Shown: one piece after another, positions 57,832-64,000 of the stretch | Numbering within the stretch: the stretch's first letter is position 1 | How the letters are laid out: every line of letters starts with the position of its first letter | Assembly (NCBI GenBank): GCA_041659325.1 | Contig: JBAZYN010000001.1 | Location: 67,342 to 131,341 of the forward strand | Direction: 5' to 3' | Origin: Candidatus Shapirobacteria bacterium | GTDB lineage: Bacteria > Patescibacteriota > Microgenomatia > UBA12405 | Length of the DNA: 64,000 nucleotides | Notes under the pieces: model-generated | What the model was told of the DNA's origin: nothing | What the model saw: only the letters and a program-made list of their open reading frames with translations | The model's database searches: none | Made by a program: the position numbers and the translations under genes

Positions 57832-59253
57832 ATGTCTATTTTTTCTAAAGGTAAAGTTGTTGTCTGGCCAAAATCTCAGAGTCTAGAAATTTACCACGAT
57901 AAAAAAGAAAACAACACTCTCAGTTTTGATATAAATCTTTGGACCCCCCAAAACGATACCGACCTTCAGCCATTTTCCCTATACGTTCAGCAAAATGGCA
58001 TTGAATCATGTGTCGTCTTAGTCCCCGACGACGTCGTCTATACCAGGTCATTCATATACGACACCCAAATTTCGCAAATCGATAAAAAAGAAGTCATCGG
58101 CTTGGCGGAGGGTTTTATTAAGTTCAAAATAGACCCGTCTTCACTGGAATACAAGCTAGTTCCGGATACCAACAAGACTGTCATTCAAACTACTATATAT
58201 GATAAATCAAAAGTTGATATTCTCATCTCAAATCTTGAAAAAACAGGCATAAAATCATGTTCTGTCAAAACCATATCGTCCTCAATTTCAAACGCCATCT
58301 CGACTTTTTTTGACAAAGAATATTTTATTTTATATCCGCTAAACAACTCAGAATACACCCTGATTTTATCAAAGGCCGGTTCAGTTTATTTAACTTCTAA
58401 TTTAAAAGGCTCATCTCTTGACATCCAAAAAATTATTAATTATTCGAATCTATATTTTTCTGGTCCGACCACCAAGATATATCTGCCTCAAAACAAAGAA
58501 ATTGAAATATCCAGTACTACAGAACTCGAGAAAACCCAGTACAACGAAAGTCAGATATCTCAAAATCTTGGAAAGCCTTCAAATTTCCCACTTCCCGTAT
58601 TGGGAGTAATGATTTCCCAAAGCGAAACAAAGCCTGCTATAATTACCCAGGTAAAAGATATTAGTTCAGGAAAAAACAAAATGGAAAACAAAAAAAACGT
58701 CCTCCCAATCATAGCCGTTTTCGTTGTTACTGCCGCCGCCGCCGCAATAATAATTTATTTTATACTTAATCGAAACATCTCGCCTCAGGAAACCGTCGTA
58801 GCCGAAGTTACTCCGACTCTCACCCAAAGTGAAATGATTCCGACCGAGACACCCATCCCCACTGTGGCAGAAATTAGTAAAAAATTAAAACTGCAGGTCC
58901 TCAACGCCACTTCTATTAGTGGTCAGGCAGCCACCGTCAAGGAGATGTTAACCAAACTAGGTTTTACTGACGTAACTGTTGGCAATAGCAAAGAAACTCT
59001 TTCCGGGAACGAAGTCAGAATAAAAACCTCTTTGGAAGGCGTAAAAGAATATTTTGGCCAGAATCTTTCCGGTAAATTCGATGCCGAATATTCATCGGAG
59101 CTCAAAGACAGCTCAAATTATGACGTAATTTTTGTTATCGGTGTAGATCTCAGCACCAGCACTGCCTCTGGAGAAACAAGCCCAACACCCACCGAAAAAG
59201 TCAGTGTTACGCCCACCACAAAAGCGTCCGTAACTATCACTCCAACTCCTTAA
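57832..59253 (+). CDS. Type II membrane protein: cytoplasmic N-domain, one TM segment, PT-rich linker, LytR_C (LCP C-terminal) domain, PT-rich tail.
   Basis: LQVLNATSISGQAATVKEMLTKLGFTDVTVGN matches the LytR_C-type motif; TM VLPIIAVFVVTAAAAAIIIYFIL. Confidence 0.5.
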   Translation: MSIFSKGKVVVWPKSQSLEIYHDKKENNTLSFDINLWTPQNDTDLQPFSLYVQQNGIESCVVLVPDDVVYTRSFIYDTQISQIDKKEVIGLAEGFIKFKIDPSSLEYKLVPDTNKTVIQTTIYDKSKVDILISNLEKTGIKSCSVKTISSSISNAISTFFDKEYFILYPLNNSEYTLILSKAGSVYLTSNLKGSSLDIQKIINYSNLYFSGPTTKIYLPQNKEIEISSTTELEKTQYNESQISQNLGKPSNFPLPVLGVMISQSETKPAIITQVKDISSGKNKMENKKNVLPIIAVFVVTAAAAAIIIYFILNRNISPQETVVAEVTPTLTQSEMIPTETPIPTVAEISKKLKLQVLNATSISGQAATVKEMLTKLGFTDVTVGNSKETLSGNEVRIKTSLEGVKEYFGQNLSGKFDAEYSSELKDSSNYDVIFVIGVDLSTSTASGETSPTPTEKVSVTPTTKASVTITPTP

Positions 59254-59256
59254 ACG

Positions 59257-60264
59257 ATGAAAATACTTGTCACAGGTGGTTTAGGTTTTATCGGTACAAA
59301 TTTTATTAAATTTTGGCGTAGGAACCATCCTGATGATTTCATAGTCAATCTGGACAAAATCACTTATGCCGCTAACCCCGCAAATCTAGTCGAATTTGAA
59401 GATGATCCTCAATATAAATTTGTCAAGGGCGATATCCTTGACACCGAGATTGTTGACAAATTGGTTTTTGACACCGACTTAATAGTTCATTTTGCCGCCG
59501 AATCACACGTCGACCGATCAATCGACGACCCCTCTCAGTTTGTTAAAACAAATGTATTGGGGACTTACAACTTACTAAGTTACGCCCAAAAACACGGCCA
59601 AAAAAGATTTCACCACATTTCCACCGACGAAGTTTTTGGTTCGATAGGAATAGATTCGCAGGATCAGTTTACCGAAAATACTCCCTATGACCCTAGCAGC
59701 CCTTATTCTGCCTCTAAGGCATCTTCGGATCATTTTGTCCGCGCTTTTGCCAAAACTTTTAAGCTCCCGATAACTATTACAAATTGCTCCAACAATTACG
59801 GTCCTTTTCAGCACCCGGAAAAATTTATCCCCCGAATGATTACTAACTTGCTTGACGGTAAAAATGTTCCGGTCTACGGCCAAGGTCTAAATTTACGTGA
59901 TTGGTTGTATGTGCAAGATCATTGTTCAGCCATCGAGACAGTAATTCTTAAGGGAAAAATCGGTGAAACATATTGTGTTGGTGGACTAAAAGGTGGTACC
60001 AGGAATATCGACATTGTCAAAACCGTCTTGGAAAAAATGCAATTAGACGAATCAAAAATCGAGTATGTCCCGGACCGACCCGCTCACGATAATTATTCGG
60101 TAAACTGGTCAAAAATCAACATTGAATTGGGCTGGTCACCAAAATTTACCCTGGAATCCGGGTTGGCGGCTACCGTCAACTGGTATCAGGAAAATGGAAA
60201 ATGGTGGCGTACTTCCAAGGCCGAAGCCGAGGAATTTTATAAAAAACTAAATTCCGCCAAATAA
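59257..60264 (+). CDS. rfbB: dTDP-glucose 4,6-dehydratase.
   Basis: TGGLGFIG Rossmann; YSASK catalytic motif. Confidence 0.85.
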   Translation: MKILVTGGLGFIGTNFIKFWRRNHPDDFIVNLDKITYAANPANLVEFEDDPQYKFVKGDILDTEIVDKLVFDTDLIVHFAAESHVDRSIDDPSQFVKTNVLGTYNLLSYAQKHGQKRFHHISTDEVFGSIGIDSQDQFTENTPYDPSSPYSASKASSDHFVRAFAKTFKLPITITNCSNNYGPFQHPEKFIPRMITNLLDGKNVPVYGQGLNLRDWLYVQDHCSAIETVILKGKIGETYCVGGLKGGTRNIDIVKTVLEKMQLDESKIEYVPDRPAHDNYSVNWSKINIELGWSPKFTLESGLAATVNWYQENGKWWRTSKAEAEEFYKKLNSAK

Positions 60265-60794
60265 TGGTTTTTATAGAAACCAAAATATCCGGTCTCTTAA
60301 TGATTGAGCCAAAAGTGTTTGCCGACTCGCGCGGTTTCTTTTTGGAGTCGTATAGCCAGAAAGTTTTCGCCGATAACGGCATAAATACCATATTTGTTCA
60401 GGACAACCACTCCCGATCCTCAAAAAATGTTCTTCGTGGCCTTCATTTTCAAAAACGCCCTTTTGCTCAGGACAAATTAATTAGGGTAACATCGGGCGAA
60501 GTGTTCGATGTGGCGGTTGATATCCGCCCCGGCTCTCCGACCTACGGAAAATACGAATCAGCTATCCTCTCAGCCGAAAACCACAAAATGTTTTTAATCC
60601 CGGCGGGTTTTGCTCACGGCTTTTGTGTTTTAAGCGAAACTGTAGATTTCTTGTATAAGTGTAGTAACTACTATTCTAAAGAATCTGAGGGGGGAATTGT
60701 TTACAACGATCCCGATCTAAATATTCCCTGGCCGGTTGAAAACCCAATCTTGTCAGATAAAGATAAATTATGGCCTTCATTAAAAAACATATGA
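60264..60794 (+). CDS. rfbC: dTDP-4-dehydrorhamnose 3,5-epimerase.
   Basis: RmlC cupin motifs (RGLHFQ...). Confidence 0.85.
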   Translation: MVFIETKISGLLMIEPKVFADSRGFFLESYSQKVFADNGINTIFVQDNHSRSSKNVLRGLHFQKRPFAQDKLIRVTSGEVFDVAVDIRPGSPTYGKYESAILSAENHKMFLIPAGFAHGFCVLSETVDFLYKCSNYYSKESEGGIVYNDPDLNIPWPVENPILSDKDKLWPSLKNI

Positions 60795-61681
60795 CATTAA
60801 AACCAAAAATAATTGGTACCGGCCTTTCTGGCCTAGTTGGATCCCGGGTTGTGGAGTTACTCCAAGATCGTCTCGAATTTGTAGATTTCTCTCTGGAAAC
60901 CGGTATTAATTTACTGGATCAACAAAATTTATCAACTGCTTTTTCCTCCCACCAAGACGCCACCGCCATTCTTCATTTGGCCGCATTTACAGACACCGGC
61001 GCTGCCTGGCTTCAAAGAGGGGATAAGTCTGCTCCTTGTTATCAGGTCAATGTAATTGGTGTCCAAAATCTTTTAGAACTAGCCAAAAAGTATCACAAAT
61101 ATTTTATAAACATATCTACTGATTTTGTCTTTGATGGCACCACCGATGGTAAATATACCGAAGAATCAACTCCCAATCCCATCGAGTGGTATGGCCAAAC
61201 CAAATATGAAGCCGAAAAGCTAGTTTCCGCTTCAGGGGTCAGCTTCTCCACGGTTCGTTTAGCCTTCCCTTATCGGGCAAAGTTCGAGCCCAAAAAAGAT
61301 CTTATCCGTAAACTAATCGACAATTTCAAATCGGGGAATTTATACCCCATGTTTACCGACCAAATCACCACTCCGACTTTTATTGACGATATTGCCCTTG
61401 CTCTAGGTTACATTTTAGATAATCAGCCAAACGGCATTTTTCATGTAGTTGGCTCTTCTTCCCAAAGCCCCTACCAAATGGCCCAAATGATCGCCGATAC
61501 TTTTGATTTTGATAAATTATTAGTTAAAGAGGGGAGTCTTGTCGACTTTGTTGCCTCCCAGCCCCCCGATTCCCGCCCCTGGCAAAAAAATCTTTCACTC
61601 TCAAATAAAAAAATATCCGATCTAGGTATCAAGATGAAGACTCTTTCCGAAGGTCTTCAAACGTTAAAAACACAACTTTAA
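60791..61681 (+). CDS. rfbD: dTDP-4-dehydrorhamnose reductase.
   Basis: RmlD family; ATGA start/stop overlap with rfbC supports the start at 60791 rather than 60770. Confidence 0.75.
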   Translation: MTLKPKIIGTGLSGLVGSRVVELLQDRLEFVDFSLETGINLLDQQNLSTAFSSHQDATAILHLAAFTDTGAAWLQRGDKSAPCYQVNVIGVQNLLELAKKYHKYFINISTDFVFDGTTDGKYTEESTPNPIEWYGQTKYEAEKLVSASGVSFSTVRLAFPYRAKFEPKKDLIRKLIDNFKSGNLYPMFTDQITTPTFIDDIALALGYILDNQPNGIFHVVGSSSQSPYQMAQMIADTFDFDKLLVKEGSLVDFVASQPPDSRPWQKNLSLSNKKISDLGIKMKTLSEGLQTLKTQL

Positions 61682-61705
61682 TTTGGAGATAATCAATAAT
61701 TAGCT

Positions 61706-63040
61706 ATGACAAACAATACGATTATTTCAACCAATGAAGAAATTATTCAAAAAGTAAATCAGGCTCAAAAAGCCAAAAAATTATGGAAAGAATTGAGTGT
61801 TGAGAACAGAAACAAATACTTTAAAAAAATTATTGAATTAATTGTCGAAAATAAGAAAGATTTAGCCACTCTTCAATCAAAAGAAATAGGGATGCCGATT
61901 TCTCAGTCTATCGCCGATGTAGAAGATGCTGTTCGTTACTCGCAATGGTATGTTGATTATGTTTTGGAGTATTTATCTCCTCAAAAAACTTACGAAGACG
62001 ACAAAATTTATCATCAGGTTTTTCACGAACCTTATGGAGTCACCGCTGTTATCACTCCTTGGAACTTTCCAATATCAAACTTTGTTTGGGGAGTCATGCA
62101 AAATCTTGTTGTTGGCAATGTAGCTGTTTTTAAGCACTCGGAAGAATGTTCGTTATTTGGCAAGAAGTTAGAAGAAATAGTCTCTCAAGCCAACCTTCCC
62201 GAAGGCGTTTTTTCAGAAATTTATGGAAACGGTCAGGTTGGTGATTTTTTAGTTCATCAAAACATCGATTTAATTTGGTTTACCGGCAGTACAAAAGTTG
62301 GTCAATCTCTTTACAAAATCGCTGCCGAAAAATTTATCAAAGCGGTTTTTGAGTTGGGGGGTTCCTCCCCTGGAATTATTTTTGCTGATGCAGATGTCGA
62401 CAATACCCTTGAAACAATTTTTTCAAATCGTTTTTACAATTGTGGTCAAGTTTGTGACGGACTCAAAAGATTGATTGTTCACCAAAGCCGTTATGATGAA
62501 ATTATCGAAAAACTCAAAAAATTAATTCAAAGTAAAAAAGTTGGCAATGCTCTCGATCCCACCACCGACATTGGGCCTCTGGTTGCCAAGCGCCAACTTG
62601 ACCTCCTTAAAGAACAATTTCAAGATGCCATCAACAAAGGCGCCAATGTTGAATGTGGCGGAAAAGAAATAGTTAATCTTGACGGATTTTTCTTTGAGCC
62701 GACAATATTGACAAATATTTCTCCAAATATGAAAATCTGGCATGAAGAAGTTTTTGGACCAATTCTTCCGGTCGTACCTTTTCAAACCGAAGAAGAAGCT
62801 GTTAAGTTGGCCAACGACACCAAATATGGCCTAGGTTCATATATTTTTACCGAAGATAAAGAGTTAGCAAAAAAAATTGCCTCTCAAATTGAAGCCGGTA
62901 TGGTTGGCATAAATAATGCTTATTATGGCCAACCTGGAAGCCCTTTTGGTGGTCAAAAACTTTCTGGTATGGGTCGTAGCCACGGCACCTTTGGTTTTCA
63001 CGACTTAACCCAAATCAAAGTTGTCGCCTTTGAAAAATAG
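61706..63040 (+). CDS. NAD(P)-dependent aldehyde dehydrogenase family protein.
   Basis: ALDH motifs: FTGS, ELGG, catalytic Cys region GQVCDG. Confidence 0.8.
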   Translation: MTNNTIISTNEEIIQKVNQAQKAKKLWKELSVENRNKYFKKIIELIVENKKDLATLQSKEIGMPISQSIADVEDAVRYSQWYVDYVLEYLSPQKTYEDDKIYHQVFHEPYGVTAVITPWNFPISNFVWGVMQNLVVGNVAVFKHSEECSLFGKKLEEIVSQANLPEGVFSEIYGNGQVGDFLVHQNIDLIWFTGSTKVGQSLYKIAAEKFIKAVFELGGSSPGIIFADADVDNTLETIFSNRFYNCGQVCDGLKRLIVHQSRYDEIIEKLKKLIQSKKVGNALDPTTDIGPLVAKRQLDLLKEQFQDAINKGANVECGGKEIVNLDGFFFEPTILTNISPNMKIWHEEVFGPILPVVPFQTEEEAVKLANDTKYGLGSYIFTEDKELAKKIASQIEAGMVGINNAYYGQPGSPFGGQKLSGMGRSHGTFGFHDLTQIKVVAFEK

Positions 63041-63065
63041 TTTTTTTGGTTGTTATAATTCACAA

Positions 63066-63629
63066 ATGACAAAACTAGTCTATATCACTCACCCATCGGT
63101 AGAATTGGATAAAAGTAAGCCTCCACACGAGTGGGGACTGTCGGAAAAAGGCTTTGACCAAGCTAAAATACTAATCGAAAAACCGCTCTGGAAAGAAGTT
63201 GATGTTATTTATTCAAGCACCGAGCCAAAAGCCGTTCAGGTGGCCCAACTTGCTTCTGAAAAATATCACTCCCCTTGGTTTCAGGATAAAGATCTTGGGG
63301 AAGCCGACCGCACCGTCACGCCGTTTTTACCCCAGGAAGAATATATGTCTGCCGTCCAGGAAGCGTATCTGAATCCGGATGACAACATTAGGGGTTGGGA
63401 GAGTCATCACCATATGATGAAAAGAAATGTTTCAGTTTTGGAAAAAATAAAAAAAGACTACAAGGGCAAAACAATCGTAATTATCGGCCATGGTGGTGCC
63501 GGAACCACTATCAAATGTTATATAAAAGGCATTGAGCCTCAGTTTTCGGAAGATCCAAAACAGACGGGTTGTATCTTTATCGCCGACCTTGATTCAAATG
63601 TCATCATTCAGGATTGGCAAAAATACTAA
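63066..63629 (+). CDS. Histidine phosphatase (phosphoglycerate-mutase-like / SixA-like) family protein.
   Basis: YITHP... and IIGHGGAG motifs. The start at 63066 is preferred because TGtTATAAT at 63051-63059 lies just upstream. Confidence 0.55.
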   Translation: MTKLVYITHPSVELDKSKPPHEWGLSEKGFDQAKILIEKPLWKEVDVIYSSTEPKAVQVAQLASEKYHSPWFQDKDLGEADRTVTPFLPQEEYMSAVQEAYLNPDDNIRGWESHHHMMKRNVSVLEKIKKDYKGKTIVIIGHGGAGTTIKCYIKGIEPQFSEDPKQTGCIFIADLDSNVIIQDWQKY

Positions 63630-63651
63630 TTTTACATGCTAGCATAGGCAC

Positions 63652-63999
63652 ATGGACACAGAAGAATGTCAAAAAGTTTCCGTAGCGGGGTTACTTATTC
63701 TCAACGGCAAAGCCCTTGTTGTTAGACGGTCGGGCAAAGAAACTTTTCTCCCCGGAGTCTATGAAATACCGGGTGGCAAAGTTGAATTTGGTGAAAAACC
63801 GAACCAGAGTATCATAAGAGAATTCCAGGAAGAAGTTAATTTAAAAATTAAACCCTTAATTCCGTTTAGGGTATTTGATTACATATCAAAAGAAGGGAAA
63901 AGACAGACAATAGAAATCGTCTATTTAGTTGAATTAGACAATGATACCGCTAATAATTTAAAACTTAGCGACGCACACGATAAATATGAATGGGTAGGC
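63652..63999 (+). CDS. NUDIX hydrolase (5' part; the gene continues beyond the window).
   Basis: GGKVEFGEKPNQSIIREFQEEVNL Nudix box. Confidence 0.6.
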   Translation, partial: MDTEECQKVSVAGLLILNGKALVVRRSGKETFLPGVYEIPGGKVEFGEKPNQSIIREFQEEVNLKIKPLIPFRVFDYISKEGKRQTIEIVYLVELDNDTANNLKLSDAHDKYEWVG

Positions 64000-64000
64000 A

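Noticed and set aside
58720-58745. GCC/GCA triplet run (gccgccgccgcc).
   Set aside because: It is simply the poly-Ala stretch of a TM helix (VTAAAAAII), not a meaningful repeat element.
1-64000. A CRISPR array, rRNA or tRNA genes, or alternative genetic code (UGA recoding).
   Set aside because: No short regularly spaced direct repeats were seen. The few intergenic gaps are at most 150 nt and lack tRNA features. ORFs are full length with standard stops (TGA terminates gatB, rfbC and others).

Overview
The 64 kb window is a strongly plus-strand-biased chromosomal segment of a small-genome bacterium. Reduced gene forms (a 482-aa IF-2, an AlaRS without the C-Ala domain, an archaeal-type ProRS, a short DnaJ), a sortase and many GT-C-type polytopic membrane proteins suggest a CPR-like lineage such as Microgenomates or Parcubacteria. 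Housekeeping blocks present: gatC-gatA-gatB; two UvrD-family helicases, one fused to a PD-(D/E)xK nuclease; rmuC; a CIRCE-regulated hrcA-grpE-dnaK-dnaJ operon; nusA-infB-(X)-rpsO-pnp; a protease-less Lon AAA+ module; udg; rnj; proS; ftsK; a rodZ-like gene; alaS; sortase; ruvX; mltG; a miaB-like gene; rpoB-rpoC-rpsL-rpsG; rfbBCD; an aldehyde dehydrogenase; a histidine phosphatase; and a partial NUDIX gene. Two things stand out. (1) At 829-10238 a decaprenyl-phosphate-5-phosphoribosyltransferase-like UbiA enzyme, a PAP2 phosphatase, three or four GT-C membrane glycosyltransferases and a DUF362-like protein sit immediately downstream of a Pro/Thr-repeat secreted protein. Together these resemble a lipid-linked pentose donor and protein/cell-envelope glycosylation system. 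(2) A 1.3 kb segment carrying a single 418-aa ORF of foreign composition is inserted exactly at the 3' end of gatB. It is bounded by perfect 21-bp direct repeats whose core is palindromic, which looks like a cryptic site-specific insertion. No rRNA, tRNA or CRISPR array was found.
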